A stretch of DNA of 63,975 bases, filler included, from Lama guanicoe (GCA_013239625.1; 79 parts of 77 records of this genome joined end to end with filler, not necessarily neighbours in it); one strand, 5' to 3'; numbered from the whole stretch's first letter, positions 37,229 to 50,206 are shown. Translations and numbers: made by a program. The notes: generated from the sequence alone by a model not told the origin.

Positions 37229-38082
37229 CACCCTGGTCGCGCTCCGCCCCGTTCGGCGCTCCGCCCTGGTCGCGCTCAGTCCTGGTCAGAGCTCTGCCCA
37301 GGTCGGCGCTCCGCCCTGGTCGCGCTCCGTGGGTAGGCTCGGGGAAGACCAAGGGGCAGCCTCGTCCCTGCTCCGAGCCAAGACCCAGCTGCTTGTTTGT
37401 CTTTGTGGAGCCAAGTTCTCTGGGGGACCAGAATGGAAGGATCCTATCTGCCCAGGGCTGTAGGCCCGTCTCAGTCTGGTCCTTGAGGCTGATAAGCCCT
37501 TCGGTGCGGGCGTAGGTTTCACCACTCTGCCCCCGGTGTTAAGCGCCGGAGAATATGGCGGCTCTGCCTGGGCCCCGCCCCTCTTCCCCTGAAAAGTTTC
37601 CTCGTGTTTTCAGAGTTGGGGGCATGCACACTTCCCCCGAGAGCACATCAACCTTGCTGTTTTATGGAGGGCCCTGGTTGTTCTGTCCTGTACACCCACA
37701 GCCCCGGCGTCCAGCCCCTTGCAGTCCCCTGGAGCTGCCTCCGTGCAGCTGCCCACGTCCTCCGCCCGGCTTGTGCAGCCTGGCCCTGCCCGCCGCTGCT
37801 GGCCCACGTCTCAGGCTGGGTGTAGCTCTGTGCCTTTAACTTAGTTCTGTCATACAAGGGCTGCTCTGTACAGATCCGAGACTTGGAGGCTCCCCCTCCG
37901 TCCCGCTGGCCTCTCAATTGGAGAGGGGAGACCCAGCGAGCAAGCGCCAGTCCTCCTTTGCCCCTCCCTCCCCTCGGGACCCATCCTGCACTGCTTTGCC
38001 TTTTGTTCTTTCTTTTTTCCTTTCCTCCTACCCGATTTTTGGTGTCTTTATCTTTTGAAGAGGGCGATGATCTGTTGGAGTT
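37229..38082 (-). mobile_element. Probable CpG-rich LINE-1 5'UTR (internal promoter) with short tandem units
   Basis: CpG-rich; repeated cggcgctccgccctggtcgcgctc; the end resembles the antisense of the L1 5' region. Confidence 0.55.
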
Positions 38083-38182
38083 NNNNNNNNNNNNNNNNNN
38101 NNNNNNNNNNNNNNNNNNNNNNNNNNTTAATTAATTAANNNNNNNNNNNNNNNNNNNNNNNNNNNNNNNNNNNNNNNNNNNN

Positions 38183-39011
38183 AAGAAGATATAGAACCCA
38201 GAATTTACAACATGGATTACAGAACACAGATATAGAATATATTATACAGAATACTTAATAAACAATTAAAAAATTGAATGTAGAACACAGAATATAGAAT
38301 ATAAAACACATAATACTGAATATATAATTTAGAAAATAGAATGTAGAAAACAGAATAAAAAATATAGCTTAGAGAATATTGAAGCCAGATTACATATAAA
38401 CAGTAGTAAGAATTTTGAATATAGAATACAGAATACTGAATATACAATTTAGAATATAGAATGTAGAACACAGAATTTACAATATAGAATAAAGAATACT
38501 GAATATAGAAATTAGAATATAGAACTTTGAACACAGAATATAGAATGTAGAATACAGAATATAGAATCTAGAATTAAGAACATGCTATGCAGAACACAGA
38601 ATTAAAAATATAGATTACATAATACTGAATATAGAATTTAGAATAAAGAATTTAAAATACAGATTTTATAATATAGAATTCAGATAGCTGAATATAGTAT
38701 TTAGAATATAGAATGTAGAACACAGAATATAGAATATAGAATATTATTTACAGAACACAGAATTTAGAACATGGAATGCAAAACACAGAAGTTAGAATAT
38801 GGCATACGGAATACTGAATATAGAATTTAGAATATAGAATGTAGAACACAGAATATTGAATATAGAATACGGAATGCCGAATATAGAATACAGAATATAG
38901 AATTTAGAAAGCAGAATATATAATATGGAAAAAGAATACAGAAAATAAAATTTAGAACATATAATGCAGAATACAGAATTTAGAATATATAATACAGTAT
39001 ACTGAACATAG
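38183..39011 (-). repeat. AT-rich 7-bp-based satellite
   Basis: (TAGAATA)n variants. Confidence 0.95.
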
Positions 39012-39684
39012 NNNNNNNNNNNNNNNNNNNNNNNNNNNNNNNNNNNNNNNNNNNNTTAATTAATTAANNNNNNNNNNNNNNNNNNNNNNNNNNNNNNNNN
39101 NNNNNNNNNNNGCTATTGATCCTAATTTCTTTAGTATATTTACCATTTGCCTATCTTGGACTACTACTTAAAACTTTAGTGCTTTTGACATTCTTCCTGT
39201 GGAGCTATTTTTAAAAGTTGGGCTAAAATATTTCATACAGAAATAGTTCCTGTATGTATTGGAACAACTCTGAAATAAGCACCCACTACAGACTTCAAAA
39301 AATGTGGCATGTGCATCTGTAGGCTTTCATCGTATTATGGTTATTTCTAGTAAGTGTCACAGGACACATGTTAGTTACTGACATGCTCTAGTCTAAAGTC
39401 TTGATATTGAATTAAATGAATGAATATAAATATGAACATTATGGCCTTACCACTTGCTTTGCCAAAGACCCCTAGGTACTGCTGCCGTAATGAGCAATGA
39501 CCCTTACTGTTACTGCAGGAGCTGCAGCCTTAGCAGCAGAGTCTGCCTCTGCAGTCTCCTATCCTGAGTGTGTGCTGCAGCCTCTCTGGCTCCTGAAGAG
39601 TTATTTCCACCTTGTGTTTTAGTTTTAGCCAGACTGTCTGCCTGTCTGTCTATTTATCTCCCTACCTATCTATCTATTCTAAAA

Positions 39685-39760
39685 TTTTATTTATTTCTTT
39701 TTACTGAAGTACATCTGATTTGTAATATTAGTTTCAGGTGTACAGCAAAGTTACTCAGTT

Positions 39761-39820
<60 letters not shown>

Positions 39821-39870
39821 GTATACATATACATTGTTTTTAGATTCTTTTCCATTATAGGTTATTATAA
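39685..39870 (-). mobile_element. LINE-1 3' end containing an (ATACAT)n microsatellite (about 39763-39833)
   Basis: tttactgaagta..attagtttcaggtgtacagcaaag..tcagttatata..agattcttttccattataggttatta. Confidence 0.8.
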
Positions 39871-40785
39871 NNNNNNNNNNNNNNNNNNNNNNNNNNNNNN
39901 NNNNNNNNNNNNNNTTAATTAATTAANNNNNNNNNNNNNNNNNNNNNNNNNNNNNNNNNNNNNNNNNNNNAATGTTTAAAAATGATGATAAAAATACAAC
40001 TAGAAATTTATATATATATGTATATATATATACACACACATATATATATAATATATATGTTATATATATATAACCTATAGGTCAAAGAAAATTTTATTTT
40101 GAAAATTGTAAANNNNNNNNNNNNNNNNNNNNNNNNNNNNNNNNNNNNNNNNNNNNNNNNNNNNNNNNNNNNNNNNNNNNNNNNNNNNNNNNNNNNNNNN
40201 NNNNNNNNNNNNNNATGCTAGTAAGAATTAAAGTTGAAGACAAGCTAAATATCAATCTCTACACGTGATACAAATACAAAGTAGAATAAATCAAAATAAA
40301 AATGAAAGCATACTTAATGAAACAGAAAACCAATATACAGTAATGGGATCAAAGCATCCAAACTGTTGGTACTTTGTGAAACTGGTAAAGCTAGACTGAC
40401 TCATCAAAAGAAATGAGATCTGTGTTCCAAATTGCTAAGAATCCAAAATGCCTCAAAAAATATTGTCACACACAGTCTGAAAAACAAGAAAGGATCAAAT
40501 AATCTACAAAATCATGCTTTTAAAAATCTACCACAGGTTATGTCACAAGGTAGGAATATAAACTGAATTCCAAAGGATCCAAATCTCCTTTGAGAAGCCA
40601 CATAAACTTTTTGCCCACTAGTAAATTTTAGAGATCAGAATAAATTAAATAAAATGTTAATGAATTTCTTGAAGACTGAGTAATGNNNNNNNNNNNNNNN
40701 NNNNNNNNNNNNNNNNNNNNNNNNNNNNNTTAATTAATTAANNNNNNNNNNNNNNNNNNNNNNNNNNNNNNNNNNNNNNNNNNNN

Positions 40786-41799
40786 TATACAATGTTTTCA
40801 AACCCTCTTTCTCCCTTCTTTTAAAAATCTTTCTTGCTCTCTCTAATTTTTTTCTCTTTTTTCTCTTTATTTTCTTTTTTCTTTTTTTTCTTTTTTTTCT
40901 AAGTTCTATTCCTAAATAGGCATTAGATAGATAAAATTCTTAAGATCCAAAATAGAGAATTGATGCTCCATAAACCACAATGCCAGAGAGGTATGAGCAA
41001 GATGAAGAAGCAGAGAAACCTTTCCCAATTAAAACAACAAGAGGAATCCCCTGAAAGAAAGCTCAATGAAATAGACTTCATTAGCCAACTAGATCAAGAT
41101 TTCAAAAAAGGAGTCGTCAAATTGCTGAAGGAATTAAAAGAGATAGTGCTTAGAGAAATAAAATATGTCAAAAATGAAATTGAAGCTATAAAGAAGAGCC
41201 AAGCAAAATGGGAAAACTCATTGACAGAGATGAGGAATGATCTAACAGCTGTGCAAAGCCGACTAGTTAATGCAGAGGAACGAATTAGTGATCTAGAAGA
41301 CAGGGCAACAGAAAGCACCCATTCAGAAGAACTACAAGATAAGCAAATAAAAAATAATGATAATAGCATAAGGGACCTATGGGATAATATAAAGCGTCCC
41401 AATCTTCGCATAATAGGGGTCCCAGAAGGGGAAGAAGGATCAAAGGGGATTGAAAAGGTTTTTNNNNNNNNNNNNNNNNNNNNNNNNNNNNNNNNNNNNN
41501 NNNNNNNNNNNNNNNNNNNNNNNNNNNNNGGGTCCCAAACAGGAAGAACCCAAATAGACCCACACCAAGACATATCATAATCAAGATGGCCAGAGTCAAG
41601 GATAAAGAAATGATTATAAAGGCAGCAAGAGAAAAGCAAAGAGTGAACTACAAGGGAACCCCCATAAGGCTCTCAGCTGATTTCTCTACACAAACACTAG
41701 GACAGAAGGGAGTGGCCAGATATATTCAAAGCCCTGAATGAAAAAAAAAATGCAGCCTATGATACTTTATCCAGCAAGGCTACCCTTTAGGATAGAAGN
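40786..41799 (+). mobile_element. LINE-1 5'UTR end and ORF1 (ATG at 40993), with frameshifts in the 3' part
   Basis: MSKMKKQRNLSQLKQQ..SRLVNAEERISDLEDR..IRDLWDNIKRPNLRIIGVPEGEE. Confidence 0.97.
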
Positions 41800-42125
41800 N
41801 NNNNNNNNNNNNNNNNNNNNNNNNNNNNNNNNNNNNNNNNNNTTAATTAATTAANNNNNNNNNNNNNNNNNNNNNNNNNNNNNNNNNNNNNNNNNNNNCT
41901 GTGAGGCAGACAAAGAGGTGGGCTCTCGGCCAGGCTGGAGAGAACCTCGTAACCGCCATGCCGTGCTCCACCCCGTGCCCTGCTTCTGGGACAAGCCCAG
42001 GCCAGGAGGCTTCCAACCCCCCCCCCCCCAGGAACCTGAAGCCCAGAAACCCTGGCCAAGTCAGCGCACAGCCGCGCCCGGGCTGGCGCCCCGGCACTCA
42101 GCCACCGGCCACCCCCTCCCCTGAC

Positions 42126-42242
42126 CTTGGCGTGGGCCTTCGTCTCAGCAAACTTGATCTTGAAGTCAAAAGTCTCCGGCGGCGGCTGCTGCTGCCTCTC
42201 CGCAGACGCCTCCTGCTGGCTCGTCAGCTCGCGGTTCACGTC
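42126..42242 (-). CDS. DCTN1: Dynactin subunit 1 (p150Glued) internal exon, 117 nt
   Basis: [39 protein letters not shown] bounded by AG and GT. Confidence 0.95.
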
Positions 42243-42326
42243 CTGGGGCGGGACAGACGGTGAGGCACGGCCGGCTCCCCAGGCGCCCGGGACGGCCGCG
42301 GGCAGCGCGCAGGGGGCACCAGGCAC

Positions 42327-42518
42327 CTGCAGGTGGGCGGTCAGCTGGCGGTACTTCTTGATGGTTTGCTGATAGTCTGCCACCGTCTCCTGGGCCGCCT
42401 CCACCCGCTTCTGGGCCTCCCGGACCCGCGCGCCCGCCATGTCCAGCTGCTCCCGCAGCTCCAGCTCCGTCTCGCGCGCGTTCTCCTGCAGCTCGTCGTT
42501 CATCTCGTTCATTGCTTC
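42327..42518 (-). CDS. DCTN1: Dynactin subunit 1 internal exon, 192 nt (coiled-coil 1)
   Basis: [64 protein letters not shown] bounded by AG and GT; 84-nt intron to the next exon. Confidence 0.95.
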
Positions 42519-43677
42519 CTGGGAGGCCGCGAGGCGGGGGGAAGGAAAGTCGGGGGGAGGGCACAGGCCTGGGCGGGTTCACTCACCACATGCCCTGCTC
42601 CAAGGTCAGGGGTCACAGGTCAGTCCATCCCTCAGCAAGCCCCTCCCAAACCCCCAGGGTCAGAGGTCAGGGGGCTGCTGATCTCNNNNNNNNNNNNNNN
42701 NNNNNNNNNNNNNNNNNNNNNNNNNNNNNTTAATTAATTAANNNNNNNNNNNNNNNNNNNNNNNNNNNNNNNNNNNNNNNNNNNNACAAATTTTTATCAT
42801 ATGGAAAATTATTAGCATGTGTTATTCTTTAACATTTACAGTTATGCTAACTATAAATTACGCTTGGGCCATTCAAAAAGAAATAACTAGGTAAGTTAAC
42901 TTCATAAATCAAAATGAGATGAAATCAGAAATCAACCAAGTCCTTTTTAATTTGATCAAATATTTAGATGCATACAACCTTGAGACATTTTTAATGTGTT
43001 ATTAACTTAAATATTTTATTTACATTAAACAAACAGTCAAAGTTGATAAAAATGTTGCCAATTAATAAGTTTTCTCAATATATGTTTTAAAATGGTCTTA
43101 ATTTATTTTCTTAATTCAACTTGTATATTGAATTATTACATCTCATGACTTGTTTGGATGATGTAACTATAGCAGTATTATGAAGTCGTATTAACAACTG
43201 AAATGATTTATAAGCAGCAAAGTCAACTATTTAAAGCAAAATGTTACAGTGTGGCAGGTTAACGCAACAAATTCAAAAGACCAAAATTTTATAATCTTTT
43301 CTAACCATTCATGGGTGGCCTTCAAATGTACACTGCATTCTGTATCAGAATCAATTCTGGGCTGAGTCAAGTTCAGAACTGATTATCACCATCATACAGT
43401 GAACTGTTTGAGAATAAGTCAGTATTATCTGAAACGTAATTAGAACTAAAATTTGATTAGGCATATTTTGAGATTAAATTTTAGAATATTTGACTAGAAT
43501 AGAAAGCAAATGTCTCAGACCACTCAGCAAACTGTAAAACTCCTGGGGTCAAGTTTAGGCGTTCTTGTGATACAAGTNNNNNNNNNNNNNNNNNNNNNNN
43601 NNNNNNNNNNNNNNNNNNNNNTTAATTAATTAANNNNNNNNNNNNNNNNNNNNNNNNNNNNNNNNNNNNNNNNNNNN

Positions 43678-44340
43678 TGCTGAAGAGACTGTCTTTATTC
43701 CATTGTATATTCTTGCCGCCTCTGTCGAAGATTAGTTGACCAAAAGCTTGTAGGTTCATTTCTGGGCTCTCTATTCTGTTCCATTGGTCCATATGTCTGT
43801 TATGGTACCAATACCATACTGTCTTGATGACTGTAGCTCTGTAGTATTGTCTGAAGTCTGGGAGAGTTATTTCTCCAGCCTCTTTCTTTCTCTTCAGTAA
43901 TGCTTTGAAGGTCTTTGATGGTTCCATATAAATTTTATTATGATTTGTTCTAGTTCTGTGAAATATGTCCTGGGTAATTGGATAGGGATTGCATTAAATC
44001 TGTAGATTGCCTTGGACAGTGTGGCCATTTTAACAGTATTGATTCTTCCAATCCAAGAGCATGGAATATCTGTCCATTTTTAAAATTCTGTAATTTCCTT
44101 CATCAGTGGTTTATAATTTTCTGTGTATAATTCTTTCACCTCCTTGGTTAGATTTATTCCCAGATATTTTATTACGTTGGGTGCTATTTTAAAGGGGATT
44201 GTTTCTTTACTTTCTTTTTCTGTTGATTCATCGTTAGTGTAAAGAAATGCAACTGATTTTTGAACGTTTTGTAGCCTGCTACCTTGCTGAATTGAATTCT
44301 TCAATCAGCTCTAGTAGCTTTTGTGTGGACCTTTTAGGGT
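43678..44340 (-). mobile_element. LINE-1 ORF2 post-RT region, disrupted
   Basis: [61 protein letters not shown]. Confidence 0.97.
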
Positions 44341-44440
44341 NNNNNNNNNNNNNNNNNNNNNNNNNNNNNNNNNNNNNNNNNNNNTTAATTAATTAANNNN
44401 NNNNNNNNNNNNNNNNNNNNNNNNNNNNNNNNNNNNNNNN

Positions 44441-45641
44441 GCTTGAAGGGAACACAAAGTTTCTTTCCAGTTGCCAACTCCGCTCCATATATATATATAT
44501 GGGGTTCAAGCTCCAACTCGGTTTTACAGTGAAAACGGCAGGCACTTCAAACCGGCACAAGGGAACAGACAGAGAAACCAGAGTAAGTGTTTCCCTTGCA
44601 ACCAGTTCCCTTTGAGCTGGATGAACGAACGTCTCTCCACATGCTCAGTTCTGTGAGATAAGTGTGTGTGAAAGCCGTCCTTCACCTAGCTTGAAGGGAA
44701 CACAAAGTTTCTTTTCAGTTGCCAACTCCACTCCATACATATATATGGGGAGGTACAATCTCCAACTCGGGTTTACAGTGAAAACGGCAGGCACTTCAAA
44801 CCGGCACAAGGGAACAGACAGAGAAACCAGAGTAAGTGTTTCCCTTGCAACCAGTTCCCTTTGAGCTGGATGAACGAACGTCTCTCCACATGCTCAGTTC
44901 TGAGAGATAAGTATGTGTGAAAGCCGTCCTTCACCTAGCTTGAAGGGAACACAAAGTTTCTTTTCAGTTGCCNNNNNNNNNNNNNNNNNNNNNNNNNNNN
45001 NNNNNNNNNNNNNNNNNNNNNNNNNNNNNNNNNNNNNNNNNNNNNNNNNNNNNNNNNNNNNNNNNNNNNNNNNNNNNNNNNNNNNNNNNNNNNNNNNNNN
45101 NNNNNNNNNNNNNNNNNNNNNNNNNNNNNNNNNNNNNNNNNNNNNNNNNNNNNNNNNNNNNNNNNNNNNNNNNNNNNNNNNNNNNNNNNNNNNNNNNNNN
45201 NNNNNNNNNNNNNNNNNNNNNNNNNNNNNNNNNNNNNNNNNNNNNNNNNNNNNNNNNNNNNNNNNNNNNNNNNNNNNNNNNNNNNNNNNNNNNNNNNNNN
45301 NNNNNNNNNNNNNNNNNNNNNNNNNNNNNNNNNNNNNNNNNNNNNNNNNNNNNNNNNNNNNNNNNNNNNNNNNNNNNNNNNNNNNNNNNNNNNNNNNNNN
45401 NNNNNNNNNNNNNNNNNNNNNNNNNNNNNNNNGAAAGCCGTCATTCACCTAGCTTGAAGGGAACACAAAGTTTCTTTTCAGTTGCCAACTCCACTCCATA
45501 CATATATATGGGGAGGTACAAGCTCCAACTCGGTTTTACAGTGAAAACTGCAGGCACTCCAAACCGGCACAAGAAAACAGACTAAGAAACCCGAGTAAGT
45601 GTTACTCCTGCAACCCGTTCCCTTTGTGTTGGATGAACGAA
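44441..45641 (+). repeat. Homogeneous satellite with a 248-249-bp monomer
   Basis: gcttgaagggaacacaaagtttc at 44441, 44689, 44938 and after the gap. Confidence 0.97.
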
Positions 45642-46504
45642 NNNNNNNNNNNNNNNNNNNNNNNNNNNNNNNNNNNNNNNNNNNNTTAATTAATTAANNN
45701 NNNNNNNNNNNNNNNNNNNNNNNNNNNNNNNNNNNNNNNNNAAAGATTTCTCCACATTAGTGGGATTTCAAGAGGTGCCTAAGCACGTAGTCTCTTCGAG
45801 GCAGTACCTGAAACAGTGCCTGGATGAGTAGGAACGTAGGGGAAAACAGCAGGTGCTCAGGAAATATCACAGAGATGCAAGTGACATCAGCCCTGGGGAA
45901 GAACCTTCACCTTCAAGGCGGCAGATGGAACGGTTTGTCTGTTAAACACTTCCTGGTGGATCTGACCTGAAAGGGTTTATTTTAGTGATGCTTTCTAATA
46001 TTAATTTCATCAGCCAACGTGTGCACTTTTCTCGTGGGTGTAATGACAGCTGGTGAGGAGAATGAGGCGGGAGTGGCAGGAGGCCTGGCCAGGTGGAGGG
46101 CGTCCCAGGCCCGCTCTGAGGCGTCACCTCACACCCGGGGAGACAAGGCCAGTGACATCACACAGCACACAGCTGAGCTCACAGGTAGGAGGCACCTAGA
46201 ACGGAGAGCCCATTTTGACATCAAATGCAAAAGTAATATTAATGAAATAGGACGGGGACGAACAGTGCATAGCCTCGGGCAGTGGTCGTGTGCTGACTTT
46301 TCNNNNNNNNNNNNNNNNNNNNNNNNNNNNNNNNNNNNNNNNNNNNTTAATTAATTAANNNNNNNNNNNNNNNNNNNNNNNNNNNNNNNNNNNNNNNNNN
46401 NNGTCATGGAGACACAGACAAGCTTCCATCCTGTTAGACCACTGTTACTTGTATATCTGCTGCACAAGCTGAGTTAATACATATGGAGAGAACTAGACTT
46501 CCTG

Positions 46505-46859
46505 GGGTGTGCGGCCGTGGTGGTCTGCTCTGGAGATGAGCAGAGATCTATTCACAGTGTCACCTCTATGGGTTCCTGGGGCATTATTTTAGTTGGAGGA
46601 GAGAGAGCTGGGCCCCAGGGGGCAGCACAGGGAGACTGGAGACTGTTACCCTCCTCATCTTTCTACAGGGGGTCTGACCTCGGGGAGCGTGTGGGTCACC
46701 AGGTGTTAGATTTGGTAACCTTCTTTTGTTCACTTCTGTCCTCTCCTTTTTACAGTTCCCTCAACATTCCAGCCAGGATGAGAATCACTGCTGGTGTCTC
46801 CTCCACTCATCCTGTGGCAGGGGCTGTGGGGGCTCAGATCTAGAGGAGAAACTGTTCAG
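46505..46859 (+). pseudogene. Decayed MHC class I heavy-chain pseudogene (end of the alpha-3 exon and the transmembrane exon)
   Basis: AAVVVCSGDEQRSIHSV versus class I AAVVVPSGEEQRYTCHV; then a tttacag acceptor and exon 46756-46859 ending VAGAVGAQI*RRNCS|gtagg versus VAGAVIWRKKRS. Confidence 0.65.
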
Positions 46860-47422
46860 GTAGGAAAGGAGGGCAGGGTCATTGTCATTGGGCTCCATGG
46901 GAAATGTCTGCTGCCCCAGCCTGGCCTGGACAGCCAGCCTGAGACAACTGACCCCACGTCCCTCATGTCTCTTCCCCCAGTCATTCCAAAATACACAGTC
47001 CAGAACTTCCCATATTGTATTTGTTTCAAGCCGGTTATTAGGTCCAGTATATGTTCCAAAAGCATATATTACGCATGGACGTGATACCAGAGGAGGGTAC
47101 ACTGGGGACCAACATAATGTCTGCCAACNNNNNNNNNNNNNNNNNNNNNNNNNNNNNNNNNNNNNNNNNNNNTTAATTAATTAANNNNNNNNNNNNNNNN
47201 NNNNNNNNNNNNNNNNNNNNNNNNNNNNTTACCAGGAAGAAAGAGAAATGAACTCATATACATTAGGGCCCAGCCAGTATGACTTAGATTTGAAGAGTAA
47301 GTAGTAGGAAGTCCCAGGTAAGAGTGGAGAAGGTATGGAAAAGTTCTTGAAGACACCTTTTTGCCCCAAATATTCCCTACTGTTACCCAACACAAGTTGC
47401 CACCTCTCTAATTCAAACACCA

Positions 47423-47848
47423 AAGGGCGGTTCAACATACACAAATCAATCAATGTAATACATCAAATCAATAAGAGAAGGGACAAAAACCACATGGTCA
47501 TCTCAATAGATGCAGAAAAAGCATTTGATAAAATTCAACACCCATTTATGATAAAAACTCGCAGCAAAGTGAGTATAGGGGAACGTATTTGAACATTATA
47601 AAAGCTATATATGACAAACCAACAGCCAGCATAATACTCAACAGTATAGACCTCAAAAGCTTCCCACTAAAGTCTGGGACAAGACAAGGCTGCCCACTAT
47701 CACCACTCCTATTCAACATAGACTTGGAAATCCTATCCACAGCAATAAAGTGTGAGACAGAAATAAAAGTGATCAAAATTGGAAAAGAAGAGCTAAAATT
47801 GTCACTATATGCAGATGACATGATAATATAAATAGAAAAATCTAAAAG
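47423..47848 (+). mobile_element. LINE-1 ORF2 reverse-transcriptase fragment, 5'-truncated at the junction with non-L1 DNA
   Basis: [52 protein letters not shown], with frameshift and stop. Confidence 0.97.
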
Positions 47849-47948
47849 NNNNNNNNNNNNNNNNNNNNNNNNNNNNNNNNNNNNNNNNNNNNTTAATTAA
47901 TTAANNNNNNNNNNNNNNNNNNNNNNNNNNNNNNNNNNNNNNNNNNNN

Positions 47949-48672
47949 GATTTTATTAAATAGCTATGCCATTTTCAGATAAATTAAGATTGAAATACGA
48001 ATTACATAACATTTAACTTCCTCTTACATAGAAACTAAAGCTGTTTAGAAATATGAATAAATGATTGGTGCCATCCTGAAATAGTCTCTATTATTAAGGG
48101 AAAGATCTCATTATCCTAGGAAAGTAAGATAAATNNNNNNNNNNNNNNNNNNNNNNNNNNNNNNNNNNNNNNNNNNNNNNNNNNNNNNNNNNNNNNNNNN
48201 NNNNNNNNNNNNNNNNNNNNNNNNNNNNNNNNNNNNNNNNNNNNNNNNNNNNNNNNNNNNNNNNNNNNNNNNNNNNNNNNNNNNNNNNNNNNNNNNNNNN
48301 NNNNNNNNNNNNNNNNNNNNNNNNNNNNNNNNNNNNNNNNNNNNNNNNGTAAATGAATAAGTAAGCTGTTACAAGACTAGAATTGGTTTTCTCACTGTTA
48401 AGAGGACAAAATTTTCTTAAAATGATAATCGACCTTCAGTAACAAATTGTAAACTTCTTAAACACTTAACTGACATGTTCTGCCTTTACCTTTGACGTAT
48501 TATCTTTTTAATGAATAAGTACTACTTTACAGTGATCTATATGTTTATCTGACCAAGTGTTTTGAAAACTTTCAAAAAGCTCCCCAGATATCAATTTCTA
48601 ATTAAAGTACTTTTAATCTCCAGTAAATTTGGGATGCTACAGAGGGCCCCTGAAACATCCCAAAGAGAGATT
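47949..48672. mobile_element. AT-rich dispersed repeat, probably ERV internal (copy 3, opposite orientation)
   Basis: Reverse complement matches 9362-9850 and 22437-22660. Confidence 0.6.
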
Positions 48673-50206
48673 NNNNNNNNNNNNNNNNNNNNNNNNNNNN
48701 NNNNNNNNNNNNNNNNTTAATTAATTAANNNNNNNNNNNNNNNNNNNNNNNNNNNNNNNNNNNNNNNNNNNNGGCTGGAAGTCGAACACAGCAACTCACA
48801 GTCAAATTGCTTACCTACTTTCTTCCCTTTATGCAAAATAGTCAGTTTTATTTGTCCTTTCTTTCAATACAAAGCATACGTAATAAAGAGAAAATCTTAA
48901 CCAAGTTGCAAAGAACTGAGCAGTTTTATTTCACAATTATCAGAAATATTTTGAACTTATGATGAAATTATTATTCTAGTATGTGAAATTCTCACTCTTA
49001 TTCAGTAGGCTGAATGCAGGTGGCTCCGGTTTGCAAAAATTTTGAAAACAAATTGTTGATTATTCTGCCAGTTTGCTGATGACTCTGGGTTTATTCCTTT
49101 GTTCTCTGTTAAGTTTGGGGAATATTGTATAATTGCTACAAATTCATCATGATTATCATTGTTCTTGTATTCTTTAGAATCTGATGACATACTCTATCAG
49201 TCTTTTTATCCTAACTGTGTGGTTGGAGTGGGGAAAAGTGTGATAAAGCCAGGATTTTAGATCCAGCACACAGTTGATGTTGAATCAATAAATAATAAAT
49301 GTATGAATAAAAGTTCTTGATATTCTGATGGTAGGTAGACCAGTAAAAAAAAAANNNNNNNNNNNNNNNNNNNNNNNNNNNNNNNNNNNNNNNNNNNNTT
49401 AATTAATTAANNNNNNNNNNNNNNNNNNNNNNNNNNNNNNNNNNNNNNNNNNNNAAAATTATGAAGCCTTTATCTTGGCGTTCATATTCATCATAATCAT
49501 CTTAAGGCAATCATACAGTTGATGAGGAAAATTAACTCTTTATGTTACTATTCACAGCAATAAAAGTAAAGAATGGTAGAATTAGGAAATCACCATTTTG
49601 CAGCCTCTACGGAATAAATGGATGGAGACAATAGTCATGAATAGCTGAGGACAACATACAAATATGGAAGACCATGGTGGAAGAACACACCACCATCTAT
49701 GAAGTAGTTTTGTGGCTTGAGATACATAGATAAAGAGTCACTATAGATTAAGCATGGATATGGACAAAGACATAGAGACAGATACACAATTTTCCTGTAT
49801 TTCTACAAGTTGGTGCTTAGATTCAGAGGCTTGAACAAACTTAACCTCTCTCATTCAAAAGTACTTCTTAAATAAACTAAGAATAATATCAATTATTTAA
49901 TTATAGTGATTGAATTTATTTATTATATGCTCTTATGCTGACAAATACAAGTTTAAAATGTATTTTTTTAAGTTGTGTAATAATTGATTTTACCTCAACT
50001 GGACAGATCATATATGAACCTAAAATTGCAATTTTTTTATGATTAACTCTGTTCATTATCACATTCTGTCATAATTTCAGTTGGCCATCTAGGGTAGACA
50101 TGTACANNNNNNNNNNNNNNNNNNNNNNNNNNNNNNNNNNNNNNNNNNNNTTAATTAATTAANNNNNNNNNNNNNNNNNNNNNNNNNNNNNNNNNNNNNN
50201 NNNNNN

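Noticed and set aside
41847..42512. A single 221-aa novel protein or a processed DCTN1 retrocopy
   Set aside because: The ORF reads through GT-AG introns; the structure is two normal exons.
47335..47592. Chimeric host-L1 fusion protein
   Set aside because: This is a chance open frame across a 5'-truncated L1 junction; the RT downstream is broken.
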